Shown piece by piece: positions 35,281-49,139 of a stretch of 64,000 bases of DNA. The notes under the pieces were generated by a model. The model had not been told where the DNA came from and did no database searches. It saw nothing but the letters and a program-made list of their open reading frames with translations. The position numbers were made by a program, and so were the translations under genes. Positions within the stretch are counted from its first letter, which is position 1. The number at the start of each line of letters is the position of its first letter. Source of the DNA: Felis catus (lineage: Eukaryota); the NCBI RefSeq assembly GCF_018350175.1, contig NC_058383.1, positions 20,400,001 to 20,464,000 of the forward strand. The letters run 5' to 3'.

Positions 35281-37510
35281 AAAGAGTGCCCGAAAAGATG
35301 TGCTGAGTCTGGAAGCAGGGATGAGAAAGTGCCTTCCGGTCCCAAGACAGAGCTCGGAAGTGAAGGTCCTCCCAGGATGTCACTGATAGAAAGCGGTTAT
35401 TCATAAAGTATTAAAACCCCGGTATGTGTGTGGACTACAGGTGAGTAAGCCTGAGTTCTAACTCCTCAAACAGAGTCAAATCTCCAAGCCATGAGATTCA
35501 TGTAAGAGCTAGCCAGGGGCTGAGGAGTCTCTGGCAGAGATAACTATGAGACCAGACTGTGGCCTCCCTCCCCAGTCTCAGCGTGCACACTAACTCCTGC
35601 TGAAAGTGAACTCACGGGCAAACGTGACAACATAAACGACACGAAAAACTACCTAAGGAACCAAGAGATTTCACCACCCAGGAGGCACCTGCCGAGAGAG
35701 CCTAGCAAGGCTACAACCTACCAAGAAGCAATACACAGCAGAGAAACAGGACTAGAGGGAGAGAGAAGAGGAAACAAAGACCGTCCCTTCTTTGCCCGGT
35801 TACTGCCAATGACCAAGTGAGCGCAGATCTGGACAGGGGACGCTCCCAACCGGGTCAGGAGGTAACCCGGGAGGCGGGAAGAGCGACGTTTCCTAGCGAC
35901 ATTTCCTCTGTCACCTTGCCCAGCTGGCTGCCCTCCGTCTTTGAGGCCAGGGGCCGATCCCGGATTCCCCGGCTACAGAGGCTGTTTACTCACAGCCCCA
36001 AAGGTTAAGTGTGTTCGCACCAGAGTCAGTGAAACCAGCTTTCTTCCACAAGCACGGCATTGCCATGCACGGCCCGACCGCTCCTCGGAACAGACCTGCG
36101 TGGATCATCGCGTTTGGCGCATTGAGCGGTTCAGGGAAGTCAAGAGCTTTTTTCCTTGCCTTTCCACCGCAGTATCTGCTGACCTAAGCACGGCCTCCCG
36201 GGTAGCACGCACGAACTGGAGGCGGCTGTGACAAATCACATGATGTCAGCACTCACCTATGCATTTGGATGTGAACCTGTCGGCGAATTACAGCCTGTCA
36301 CTCCAAATGAGTGAGCGGAGATGAAAATGTCAGTTTGAGCAAATGCCTTTTTTTTTCTGTTTTTGTTCTATAATTTAGGGAGGAGGCGCGCGGATCATAA
36401 AGCCCATGCCTGATGTATGAGTATTAAATTCAATAGCAAATGAGAGAAAAGGCAGAAGAAGAAAGAGACAAAGGGGTTTTTATGGGTTTTCTTTTGGTTT
36501 TTTTAGTGATAAATGCGGGCCACCTGAGAGGAATAACTTTGAACTAGGGAGGGCAGCTCTCGTCCTTAATTCTCTGCGGGGAAAGGAGAAAAAAGAAAGG
36601 AAGTTAGCAACAGTTAAGGGGTCTGTAGGAAACCCAGCCTGAGTTAACAAGGTATTATGGCTGCTTGAAGATGCTGCAGGGGTCTTGAGACCAGAAGTGA
36701 GTCTCCAACAACGGAAGGCAAGAAACGGATAGCACATCTGTGGAAGGGAGCATGGGACTGCGTAGGACGAAGTCCTTTGGGACCCCGTCAGAGTCCTATG
36801 ATTTTAACACTTAATGGGAAGTAATTTCGGCGCTGCAAGCCTCCCTCTAGTGAGGAAAACTAGGTTGTCTTCCACAGTTTCTGGCAAGCAAAGCGTGAGA
36901 CAGCAATGTTGTTTGTTTTGCGAAAGCCTTCTCCCTCCCTGCCGAGGGCCCCAGGCATGTGGAGCTCAACATAAACAAACACCAAAGGAGAGCACAGTCA
37001 GTTAAGCGCCGTGTGAAGGGCCCTGGTCCCTTCTTGGTCCCGGTTTAAGGGGTGGGAGGCCCAGGGCGGGGGTCCCTGAGAACCTCGGAGGTAAGGGCTC
37101 AGGCTCGATCATACCTTGTGCCCAGGAAAGCGCCAGGTTAGGGTCAAGTTTACGGAAGGGGATTATTAAAGAGATTTGGGGTGAGCTATGTGGGGCACCC
37201 ACATAAAGGATGGAGGACAACCTTTCCCCGTTCCATCCCAAGCCTCGTCCGCTTGGCAAATGGAAAACCCCAGAGGGCACCCGGGCCGCCCCCTCCTCTG
37301 TACGGTGGCCCACCTAAATGACTGCCAAGCGGATCAGAATGACCACTGCAACTCTTTGTCACCAGGTGACAAAAGCCACGGAAAGGTGATTCAGCCAGCA
37401 AATAAATGAGAGCTCTGAGAGGAAGCGGTAATGAATTTGAAGGAAGGCTGCATTTCCAAAGTGGCTTTGTCCCATCTGCTGACAGGTTCCCCAGCTAAGA
37501 ATAAGCTGTG

Positions 37511-37665
37511 AGGGCGCCTGGGTGGCTCAGTCGGTTGAACGTCCTACTCTTGATCACGGCTCAAGCCAAGATTTCATGGGGGCTCCGAGCTGGGCATGGA
37601 GACTGCTTGGGAGTCTCTCTCTCTCCTTCTGCCCCTCTCCCCTGCTTGCACTCTCTCTAAAAATA
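37511..37665 (+). mobile_element. Can-SINE with internal deletion, tail running into the GGAA array
   Basis: gggcgcctgggtggctcagtcggttgaac head and CT tract. Confidence 0.9.
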
Positions 37666-38674
37666 AGGAAGGAAGGAAGGAAGGAAGGAAGGAAGGAAGG
37701 AAGGAGAGAGGGAAGGAGAGAGGGAAGGAAGGAAGGAAGGAAGGAAGGAAGGAAGGAAGGAAGGAAAGAAGGGAGGAAGGAGGGAGCAAGGAAGGAAGGA
37801 AGGAAGGGAGGAAGGAAGGAAGGAGGGAAGGAAGGGAGGGAAGGAAGGAAAGAAGGAAGGAAGGAGGGAGGAAGGGAAGGAAGGAAAGAAGGAAGGAGGA
37901 AGGAAGGAAGGAAGGAAGGAAGGAAGGAAGGAAGGAAAGAAGGAAGGGAGGAAGGAAAGAAGGAGGGAGGGAAGGAAGGAAGGGAGGGAGGAAGGGAGGG
38001 AGGAAGGAAGGAAGGGAGGGAGGGAGGAAGGAAAGAAGGAGGAAGGAAGGAAGGAAGGAAGGAAGGAAGGAAGGGAGGGAGGAAGGAAAGAAGGAGGGAG
38101 GGAAGGAAGGAAGGGAGAAAGAAGGGAGGGAGGGAAGGAAGGAAGGAAGGAAGGAAGGAAGGAAGGAAGGAAGGAAAGAGGGAGGGAGGGAGAGAGGGAG
38201 GGAAGGAAGGAAGGAAGGGAGGAAGGAAGGAAGGAAGGAAGGGAGGAAGGAAGGAAGGAAGGGAGGAAGGGAGGGAGGGAGGGAGGGAGAGAAGGGAGGA
38301 AGGAAGGAAGGAAGGGAGGAAGGAAGGAAGAAAAGAGGGAGGGAGGGAGAGAGGAAGGGAGGGAAGGAAGGGAGGAAGGGAGGGAGGGAAGAAGGAAGGA
38401 AAGAGGGAGGGAGGGAGGGAAGGAAGGAAGGGAGGAAAGAAGGAAGGAAGGAAGGAAGGAAGGAAGGAAGGAGAGAGGGAAGAAGGGAAGGAAGGGAGGA
38501 AGGAAGGAAGGAAGGAAGGAGGGAGGGAGAGAGGGAAGGAGAGAGAGAAGGAGGGAAGGAAGGAAGGAAGGAAGGAAGGAAGGAGGAAGGGAGGAAGGAA
38601 GGGAGGGAGGGAGGAAGGAAGGAAGGAAGGAAGGAAGGAAGGAAGGAAGGAAGGAAGGAAGGAAGGAAGGAAGG
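37666..38674 (+). repeat. ~1 kb (GGAA)n/(GGGA)n polypurine array
   Basis: Directly visible; purines only. Confidence 0.98.
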
Positions 38675-40001
38675 GTCATCCCTCTCTTCCCTCCCTGCAA
38701 CCCACCCCTGCAAACATTGATCTTTTTACCACCTCTATACTTGTGTCTTTTTCCAAAGCGTCATATAGTTAGAATCCCATAGTGTGTAGATTTTTCAGGC
38801 TGGTTTCCTTCCCTGGGTAAAAATGCCTTTCAGGTGCCCTCCACGTCTGTTCACGGCTTGACGGCTCGTTTCTTCTTATTCTTGAAGAGTGCGCTATTGT
38901 ACAGATATAGCACAGGCTATTCGTTCACCTATTGAAGACAATCTGGGTTGCCTCCAGATTCGGGCCATCACAACTAACGGTGCTGTAAACATTCGTGTGC
39001 GGGGGTTTTTTGCGCACACAGAGTCTTGGACCATTTGGGGTGTATCACTGCGTTACCGTATTTGCTGTAATATTTGCTGTATCGTATGGTAAGGCTGTGT
39101 TTAGCTTCGTAGGAAACTGTCCATCTGCCTTTCAATGTAGCCGTACCCGTTAGCGTCTCCACCAGCAGCGAACAAACATTTCTGTTGCTCTACATCCTTG
39201 GATTTCGTCGTTCTATTGCGTATGGAAGAGCATCTCGTTGCTGCCTCACTCTGCCACCCCCTAACAACATGCAATGTCCAGCATCTTTTCGAATGCCTGT
39301 TTTCCATCTGCGTATCTTTTGTGGAGTTGCACGTATCGGATCTTCTGCTCAGTTTTTACCTGGGTTAGTTTTCTTAACACTGAGTTCTAAGAGCTCTTTG
39401 TACATTTGGGGCAAAGGTCCTTTATCAGATGCGTGTTTTGCAAATATGTCCTTCCAGCCTATGGCTTGTCGCCACATTCTCTTAAAGTATGTCTTTCTCA
39501 GAGAGAGAGTTTTCATTTTAATAAAGTCCAACATACCTGTTTTCCCCTTTATGGACTGTGCCTGGCTGTTATAGCTAACACCTCACCCACAAACCCAAGT
39601 TCATCTAGGTTTTCTCCTGTTATCGTCTAGAAAATCTGTAAGCTGGCAAGTTACATTTAATATCTATTTTAATTTAATTTTGCGAAAAAAATTTTTTTTG
39701 CATAAGATGTTCAAGTCTTTCAGCACCTTTTGTTGAAAAGGCCATCAATGCATTGAATTACCTCCGCGGCTTTGTGAAAGATCGGTTGATTATACGTGCG
39801 TGGGTCCATGTCTGGGTTCTCTATTCTATTCTACTGATCACTTGCCTATATTTTCCACCAATATCATGCTGTCACAATTACTGTAGTTTTATGATAAGTC
39901 TTAAAGTCAGGTGATATCAGTCCCCTGATTTTGTCTTCTTCAGAATCGTGCTGGCTAGTCTGTCTCTTGCATTTCCGTACAAAATTTAGAATCTGTTGGT
40001 C

Positions 40002-40215
40002 AGGAGTGCATGGGTGGCTCAATCGCTTAAGCATCCAGCTCTTGACTTCAGCTCAGGTCATGATCTCACAGTTGTGAGACTGAGCCCCCGTCAGGCTCCA
40101 TACTGAGCAGGGAGCCTGCTGGGGATTCTCTCTGCCCCTGCCCCACTTACGCTCTCTCTCTCTCGCTCGCTTTCTCTCTCTCTCTCAAAATAAATAAATA
40201 AACATTTAAAAAAAG
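40002..40215 (+). mobile_element. Can-SINE inside L1
   Basis: agaatctgt on both flanks. Confidence 0.93.
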
Positions 40216-40428
40216 AATCTGTCAACATCTACAAAATGACTTGGTGAGATTTTGACAGGGGTTGCTTCTAGTAGATTGCATTGAATTAAGTTGGGAAGAA
40301 TTGATGTCTTAATAATATTGAATCTCCTTATCTATGAATATGGAATATCTCTTCATTTATTTAGATCTTTATTTCTTTCATCAGGGTTCTTCTCATATAA
40401 ATCCTCAACACATTTAGCTAGAATTATG

Positions 40429-40430
<2 letters not shown>

Positions 40431-40466
<36 letters not shown>
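40431..40466. repeat. (TA)n microsatellite
   Basis: Perfect TA run. Confidence 0.95.
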
Positions 40467-40468
<2 letters not shown>

Positions 40469-42374
40469 TACTGATGCAACATTGTATGTTGCTTTTCATT
40501 TCAATTTCCAATTGTTCATTGCTGGAATATAAGGAAAATTGACTTTTGATATTAATCTTATATCCTGTGACCTTGCCATAGCCACTTACTAGTTCCAGGT
40601 TTTTGTTGATTCTTTGGATTTTCTACATGGATAATCATGTCATCTGAAAACATAGTTTTGTTTCTTCCTTCCCATTCTCTACACATTTTCTTTTCTTGTG
40701 TTATTGCATTAGCTAGAACTTCCAGTAGAATGTTGAACAGGAGTGGTAAAAAGAGATATTATATACTAGCTCCTGATCTGAGGGAGAAGGCGTCTGTTTT
40801 TTTTACTGCTAAATATGATGTTTGGGGGATATTTTTTATCAAGTTGAAGTTCTCTGAGAGTTTTTATTACAAATGGGTGTTGGATTTTGACAAATACTTT
40901 TTCTCTATTTATTGATACGGTCATATTATTTTTCTTCCTTTACTACTGATATGATTACATTGCTTGATTTTCAATGTTGAACCACCCTTGTAAGCATGAA
41001 ATGAATCCTATTCGATCGTGGTGTATAATTAATTTCATCCATTGTTTGATTCTGTTTTCTAATGTGTTCTTGAGGATTTTTGCCTCAATGTTCATGAGAG
41101 ATATTGGTGTGTAGTTTTCCTTTCTAATAATATCTTTATCTGATTTGGGTATTAAGGTAACACTGGCCTCATTGAATGAGTAAAGAGTGCTCTCTCTTCT
41201 TCTATCTTCTGGAACACATTAGAGAGAATAGGTTTCATTTCTTCCTTTAAACACTCGATAGAATTCACCAATGAAAACATCTGTGCCTGGCTCTTTCTAT
41301 TTAGGGGAGTTATTAACAATAACTTCAATTTCTTTACTAGCTATAAATTAATTATATAGATATAATATAGCCTATTTGGATTATCTATTTCTCCTTGGGT
41401 GATTATCTTTCAAGGAATTAATTTATGTAACCAAGTTTGGAGCCCACAGATGTTCACAATATTCAGTTTCTATTCATTTAATGTCCATGGGATCCCTGAT
41501 GTCCCATACACCTGTAGAGACGTCCCCTCTTTCACTTCTGATATTCGTGACCTGTGCTTCTTTATTGCTTCTTGGTTGGCCTGACTAGAGGTTTACCAAT
41601 TTCACGGACCTTTTCAAAAACCAGCTTTTGGTTTCATTGGTTTCTCCATTACTTTCTTGCTTTCAATATTATTAGTTTGTGTTCTAGTGTGTATTATTTA
41701 TGTATTTCTATTTGCTTTAGGTTTGCACTGCTCTTCTGTATCTAGTTTCCCAAGAAGAAAGCTTATACTATTGAGTTTTGATCCTTCTTTTCTAAAATAT
41801 ATATTCAATGCTGTCTATTACCCTCTGCACTGACTGGGGCAGGGTGGCAGGAGGTGGGCGATGGGGGGCTTTCACCCCTAACCTTCTCAGCTGGATCTGA
41901 TACTGCATGATTCTGCCTTTCTGTAACACTAGCATTAGAGGAAATTTCAGAAACACAGAAAAAGTGCCCCACTCTCCTAAAATAATTGCTATTCAGATTT
42001 CTGGGGGTCGTCTTACTGCATTCTACATCGTTTGTCATCTCTTTCCCTTTTTTAATGGTTGTAAATACACAAAACACCACCTTCAGGAGTACAACCCAGT
42101 GGCATTGCATTCACAGTGCCGTGCAACCATCACCGATAATCTGCATTTTCATCACTCCAAAGGAAACCCCACGTCACGTCCATTAGCAGTCCCTCCCCGT
42201 TCTTTCCACCCTTCAGCCCCTGACAACCCCTATGTCCATCTTCCTGTCTCTCTGAATTTGCCTATCCTGGCTCTTTCATGCTGAGCAGCATATTTTTTAA
42301 AGCTGAATTCACTTACAGTGTATACGTGTATCTAGATTTATTTTTTTTTCTACTTCAAGTAGTTTTCTTCTTCT

Positions 42375-42586
42375 TTTTTTTCAATGTTTTATTTATTTTT
42401 CAGACAGAGAGAGACAGAGCATGAGCAGGGGAAGGGCCGAGAGAGAGCAAGACACAGAATCAGAAGCAGGCTCCAGGCTCCGAGCTGTCAGTACGGAGCC
42501 CGACGCGGGGCTCGAACTCACAGACCGCGAGATCATGACCTGAGCCGAAGTCAGACGCCCAACTGACTGAGCCACCCAGGCGCCCC
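42375..42586 (-). mobile_element. Can-SINE
   Basis: TSD caagtagttttc. Confidence 0.96.
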
Positions 42587-43564
42587 AACAAGTAGTTTTC
42601 CATGTAATCTTTGTAATCCTTTTGTTAAATCCTGCGTAATATTCCATCGGGAAAGTGTCATAACCAACGTAATCATTTCTCAATCTGGTTTGCTGCAAAA
42701 TTTCTTTGTGGTTTTTTGTTTGTTTTGCTGCCGTAGCTAACACCACAATGAACATCTTCATGCATATCATTTTTTCCAGGTTGGGGCCATTTCCTTGGAT
42801 TTGATTCCCATATGTGGAACTCCTAAATGGAACCACGAAGCATTATCCTGATCTTAAAGTTGTCTTTTAACATTTCCAAATTGGTTTCTCGAGATGGTTA
42901 TTTTAATTTGCAACATTCCTGACCACACGAGGTACCTGTTTCACCAGGTCCTTACCAGAAAGTGGCCATGGTTTTTGCTTTGTTTTTAGTCTTCTTGGCT
43001 TGTGACACATGACTTTGAAAACAAAGACCTTTTTAGCTCCTCCGTTCTCTCACCACAGGCAGCATGATTTTCCCAGAAAAACCGGCATATCAAGCCCGAT
43101 AACATTTCCAGTTTATCGCTCCCATGAAAGTGGCTTCAGGATAAGAACAAATACAGCCTGTGTTCAATCTATTCAGTTAGAACAGAGCAAGGATTTATCT
43201 CAACACAACAAATCAGCAAACCCCATTCTGGTTGGATCCCATTTAGTATTTACGTAAACTTAATTAAACCACCGACGGGGTTTCTTACAAGGAGGACGGC
43301 CTTCAGGAAATATGCTTGCTAAATACTCTTCAATAATGGTTGCGGGGAAATAAATAAGTGATATGGGCTGGTTCTCCAAGTCCCTTGCGTCTCCCTCAAG
43401 CTTCAGATCTCTGCAAGAGCTCAGATCTTGCAAACAAACGCTGAGTTGAAACTGGGGTGTTGGGCAGGGGAGCGGCGGGCTACTAGACTCACAAGCACCA
43501 GGCTTTGTACCGTCTTTTTGGGAGTAAACCTGTCTCCTACTACAAGGCCAAGATAGTTTTTTTT

Positions 43565-43813
43565 TATTTTTTTTTATTATTATTTTTTTTTATTTTTTAA
43601 ATTTTTTTTTCAACGTTTATTTATTTTTGGGACAGAGAGAGACAGAGCATGAACGGGGGAGGGGCAGAGAGAGAGGGAGACACAGAATCCGAAGCAGGCT
43701 CCAGGCTCTGAGCCGTCAGCCCAGAGCCCGACGTGGGGCTCGAACTCACGGACCACGAGATCGTGACCTGGCTGAAGTCGGACGCTTAACTGACTGCGCC
43801 ACCCCAGGCGCCC
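43565..43813 (-). mobile_element. Young SINEC_Fc-type SINE with long T tail
   Basis: gacctggctgaagtcggacgcttaactgactgcgccacc; TSD aagatagttttt. Confidence 0.96.
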
Positions 43814-45240
43814 CTAAGATAGTTTTTTTTACATGAACAACCCAGCCCTCAGCAAAGTGGGGTGTCAAGCAGAAAGGAGGGCGAAGGCGGCCATTGTCAA
43901 CAACGCTTGTGAAAACCTGTGGCTGGCTCTCCGACCAAGCATCCTTTCCGGAAGCTTTCTCTCTCCCTCCCTCTCTCTCTCTCTCTCTCTCTCGTCCTTG
44001 CTCCTTTCCAAGCTGGAAAATATCCAACACAAAGTAGTAAATTATGAAATTATGTTAGTTATGAGTCACAAAGGCCCTCTGCCTTCCCTACCCAAGCCAG
44101 TTTAGTAACATTCTGAGGCACTTGGGCACGTTGATGGCCCTGGGGGCCCCATTCTCGGTCAGTTGCACATCTCACTATCTTTCAGGCATGGGGCAAAGCT
44201 TTACACGGGTCACGCGCGAGGAGAGAAGTACCATAGCTGCCCCCATTTTATAGAAGAGGGAGCAGGGTAAGAGAAGTTAAGGGACAAGAGTTAAATGCAG
44301 ACCTTCCCCGTCTGGTTTCTGAGTTCAAGCTCTGAACTCGGATGATGAAGAACAGAAAGAGTAAAGGATAACTTTCCTAAGCGCGTGTGTGTCTTGTATG
44401 GAGCCCCAGGAAAGCCCTGACATAATTACCCATGAATGTTCTCTCCTGATAAAGCTTGGGCTTCTGGATTTTAAAGCCTTCAGGAGAATCTTGCAGCTAA
44501 TTAGACCTGAGGGTGAGATCCAGCATATTCACAGACTGAAAGAACAGGAGGAGTTTCAAAAAATTATGCAGCAACTAGTCAAATCGTGCCTCTTTAATTT
44601 CTTTTCATTGAATCCCCAGTCTCCAAAATTTTTGAAGTCTGTATGGGGGAAATCACTGCAAATAGATCCCTTCCCAAGATGACCGGACCTCAGAACCAGC
44701 TAATACATCCCCCTCAATTTACAGATGAGGACCCGGGAGGGAAGTCACCTTGCCGGGATCACGCCGAGCCAGAGCTGGCCCCTCAGTCATTATACCCTCC
44801 GCTCCATAGTCTGTGTGGGATGGCAATGCCACTTACCCTCTCTTTGAAATACAGGGGGTTGGCATTTCTCTGGGACCCAGGAGTACCAACCCCGATCATC
44901 CTTATTTACGAAGATGCTGACTCCGTTTGCTTCGCCTGGCAGGCCCCAGGTGGTGGCGATGTAGTAGGTTAAAAGCCTCTTTGAATATGAAGATGTGTGA
45001 ATTGGGAAGCAGCTGAGTGTAATAGAAAAATGAATTTGAGAGTCGACGACTAAGGTTGGGATTCGGGTTCTGCCGCCTGCGTGTTTGATCTTGAGGAGCT
45101 GGGTTCATCTCTCCAAGCCTGTGCCGCTCACCACGGTATCCTGGGTGTCGACGGGAGAGCCTGGCACATATCAGGGGACATCTCCACACGTTCAAATATA
45201 ACTCATTCTTTTAAAAAGCAATTGAGGGGGGTGGGGGGGG

Positions 45241-45700
45241 GGCGGCGCCTGGGTGGCTCAGTCGGTCTAGCGTCCAGCTTCGGCTCAGGTCACGATCTCA
45301 CGGTTCATGAGTTCGAGCCCCACGTCGGGCTCCATGCTGACAGCTCGGAGCCTGGAGCCTGCTTCGGATTCTGTGCCTCCCTCTCTCTCCGCCCCACCCC
45401 TGCTTGTGCTCTGTCTCTCTCTGTCTTTCAGAAATGAATAAACACCCACAAAAAAATTTTTGAATAAAAATAAAAAGTCATTGAGGGGTGCCTGGATGGC
45501 TCAGTTGGTTAAGCATCCAATTGCTGATTTCGGTTCAGGTCACAATCTCAAGTTTTGCGGGATCAAGCCCGGAGTCAGGTTCCGCACTGACAGTGAAGAG
45601 CTGCTTGGGATTCTCTCTCTCCCTCTCTCTCTGACCCTCCCCGATCCCTTTCTCTCAAAAATAAATAAAGAAACTCTAAAAATAAAATAAAATAGTAAAA
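45241..45700 (+). mobile_element. Two head-to-tail Can-SINEs (45241-45470, 45485-45700)
   Basis: Two heads and two tails; aaaagcaattgagg / aaaagtcattgagg flank the first. Confidence 0.93.
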
Positions 45701-48269
45701 CAAGATAAAAATTCATGGAAAAATCGTCATCGTGGTCTGTTTATCAGCCTGCCATGGCTCAACTTCGTGTTAGTCTCCGACTATGGGAAATAATGCTAAG
45801 CCTCAGTTTTATTATCTAGAAAATAAAGGTAATAATAGAACCTACTTCGAAGGGCTGTTGAGAAGACCACATGAGAACACAGGCACAGTACTTGGTAGCT
45901 GGCAAACACTCAATGAACTTTTTCTGTGTTTACCCTTCTATGTGCACATGGGGAGAGGTGGTGGAAGATGGAGAGAGACAGTTCAGAAGGGACCCGACTT
46001 GGAATGACCATCAAGGCTACACTGTAGAATTGAACTTAACCTTAGGAATATCACATTTTATGCAACCAATTCTAAATTGTGAGAGTCTTGGGAAGCCTGT
46101 TCCTACCACGCTGGAAATGTGTCCAAGACAGGTGTATCAGAGAGGCTAGTGGGATTTCTTTCCCTCTTCCTTTTTACTTTCGCCTTCCTTCCTTCCTTCC
46201 TTCCTCCCTCCCCTCTTCAGCCTGGACGTCAGACGGCACAGCGCATTTGCAAACTTTTCCCTCTGGGGTGCCAAACTCCCAACTGGCTGCCCCTCCCAGA
46301 AGCTGTCTACCTAACCTTGAGTGGGCGGTGAACACAAGGAGAAGTTTAAACCCACCCCACTTAGCAGAAAAGCAAAACCTCCAGATCTTATTATAATCCT
46401 CTCTTCTTTCTCTCTTCGGTTCCTTGTCACCAAGGTAGTTGGAGCCTACGTCTTCAGCCTCCTCCTCCTCTCATCCTGTCTGATTCATGTGTTGATGTCT
46501 CGATTCCAAGCCAGATGCTGCAGTGAACTGTGATATCACAGGCAGGATTTATTAGCAGCAAAAGCATCTGTCGGGAGAGAATAGGAGAAGCTGGGGGATG
46601 CTCTGTGGGGAGAACGATAGGCAGAGCTCAGACTGGGACAATGAGTGACGTTACTGCCACACTATTGTTTCCTACTAATAAAAGAAACAATACTGATGCA
46701 TAACTTATTACCTATAAGTGATACGTAACCAAGTGCCTTTCAACACATTCGCTTCAGTTTTCTAATAACCCTATGAGAATTCCTAATTTCAGATGGGGAA
46801 ATCAAGCTTCAGAGGCCTTAGCAGCTTGCCCAACTTTGCATTGCTAGTTAATGATGGAGGTAGGGTTTAAACGTAGGCTTGAGGGAATATACAGTCTGTG
46901 CTTTTAACCTGAACTTGATCCCGTTCAAAGACCTGCCCCTAATAAGGAAAGAAATGAAGGGACTATTTCTCGCACATTCTCGGGGGTGAGAACAGGTATC
47001 ACATATCAAGAGAGGTGGAGAAAGGTGTGAGGATTGGCATATGGGTTGATGCAGGAAGCAGGGAGAAGTGCACTGACCAGATTCAGACAGGAGACTTACA
47101 CTCAGGTCAGAGCAGATACCAAAAAAAAAAACAAAAAAACAAACAAAAAAAACCCAACCCTGATCTGGTTGCAGATACTGACCCTAGAGGTACAAGTAAA
47201 CAACTGAGGCCTGATGCTGAGGCATAAACCTAATCCCAATAGCCAAGATAGTAGCAGGTCCTAGAAACATAAAGACCAAGTGAGCAGGGAACCCCATCCG
47301 GGGACCTGGCACTGGGAACGGAGGCAGAGCATCAGCCTGTAGCTCTGGTAAGGAAGGCTGGCTGGATGCAGGCAGAACAAGGTGGCCAGCACCTTGGACA
47401 GTGGCAGACGCCTGGTGAAATCCATGGGGGGAGCCTGGCAGAACCTAGGGCCAGGGCTCAAGCACTCTCATGGCAATTTCTGTACTGAGTGAGGACAAAG
47501 GGATCAAAGATGCCATCTGTGTCCTCGGGAAGTTAGTTCACAGTCTACTGGCAGATAACTGAAGTGCACCATGACAGGCGATAGCTATCATGGGGAAGCA
47601 TGGAGCCCCATGGAGAGGCAACCAACTCCTCTTGATGGGGGCGGGGGGGTGTCGAAGAAGTTTTCACGGAGTAAGTGGTACGTTACCATCTCAGCCAGGG
47701 GAAGGAAGGGGTGGGAGGTGCAGGGAAGTCTGAGCAGAAGGCGTAGCAGATGCAAACACATGAAGGTGGGAAATAGCCTGATGCACATTGGAAATTAAAT
47801 TGAGTTAGATTACCAATGCTGGAGGGTGAAATGCAGATAGGAGTGAAGGGAAGAGAGAAAGAGGAGCAAAACCTGAGAGACCCTTGAAAACCCTGATGAG
47901 GAGTATGAAGACCAAAGAACCTCAGCGTCTGGCTTTTCTTTGGAAAACAGTAGTGACGATCGGGCAACAGGGGCCCACACTGCTGTGTAACTTGGGGCCG
48001 AAGAATAAACAGGTGCCCTACGGAGAATGGCAAGTAGTGTGTGTCTTCCTCTTCCACATCCTAGCAAGCCTTGGCAGGACACCTGCATTTTATTTTGAGC
48101 CTTTATTTTAAGCAGGAGGGGGACGTGGTCTTATCTTTACAAATATCTCTGATTTGTCTAGGGAGGAAGGGTTGAAAGAATACTTACTATCTGGCTACCA
48201 ATGTTTTGGCGGGAAGTGATGGTGGTTTCTATCATGACGATGGTAGAGATCAAGAAAAGTAAATGTAAA

Positions 48270-48662
48270 TATAGACACAAATATGGGAGAGGGAGATTTT
48301 TAAAGGGATCATCTCACTTACACAATTGTGGAGGCTGGCAAGTCCAAAACAAAACAAAACAAATCTGTAAGGTAGACCAGCAGGCTAAAGACCCGGGGAA
48401 AAGTCACAGCTGGAATCCACAAGCATTCTGCGAGCAGAATTCTCTTCTCCCCCAGGGAAGTCAGTCTTGGTTTCTATGAAGGTCTTCAGAGATTGGATTA
48501 TGCCCACCCACATAATGGAGGGTGATCTGCTTTACTCAAAGCCCACTGATTTCAATGTTCATTTCATCTCAAAACACCCTCACAAAAACAACTAGAATAA
48601 TGTTTGGCCAACTATCTCTGTACCCTGGCTGAGCCAGGTTGACCTGTAAAATTTACCATCAG
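48270..48662 (-). mobile_element. ERVL LTR (MLT2-like)
   Basis: gtggaggctggcaagtccaaaa..cccacccacataatggagggtgatctgctttactc..gttgacctgtaaaatttaccatca. Confidence 0.85.
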
Positions 48663-48924
48663 AAGGGAGAAATTGTTCAAACTTGTTAATGTCAGAATGC
48701 AAACATAGAGTCTATAATGGGCTTCCGAGATACTGGTAGTGTTCTGTTTTATGATTTGTGGAGTGCTTACACAGGTATGTCCACTCCGTGTAAGATGTTT
48801 GATTTACACACCTACGATTCCTGCTTTCATCTGTGTGTGTTATAATTCTACAAAAATGTTCGGTTACATATCCACGATCCCTTCCTGTAACATTGTTATG
48901 TCTTTACTTCAGAGCAAACCTTCT

Positions 48925-49139
48925 TTTTTTAAAGGTTATTTACGTAATTATTGATTTTGAGAGGGAGAGAAGGCACAAGTGGGGGAAGGGCAGAGAGAGG
49001 GGGACAGAGGATCCAAGGCGGGCTCTGCACTGACAGGCTGATAGCAGCAAGCCGGATGCGGGGCTCGAACCCACGTACTGCGAGATCATGACCTGAGCAG
49101 AAGTCGGATGCTCAACCTACCGAGCCACCCAGGTGCCCC
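48925..49139 (-). mobile_element. Can-SINE
   Basis: TSD acttcagagcaaa. Confidence 0.94.

Larger units (their letters stand above)
38675..41830 (-). mobile_element. Old L1 (L1MC-like) 3'UTR plus ORF2, decayed
   Basis: Antisense L1 motifs: cagcaccttttgttgaaaag, cttccagtagaatgttgaacaggagtgg, tgttcatgagagatattggt, ctggcctcattgaatgag; peptide RQAIGWKDIFAKHASDKG. Confidence 0.88.

Noticed and set aside
37522..38772. 347-416 aa GRKE/PSFL ORFs
   Set aside because: Translation of the GGAA array starting inside a SINE.
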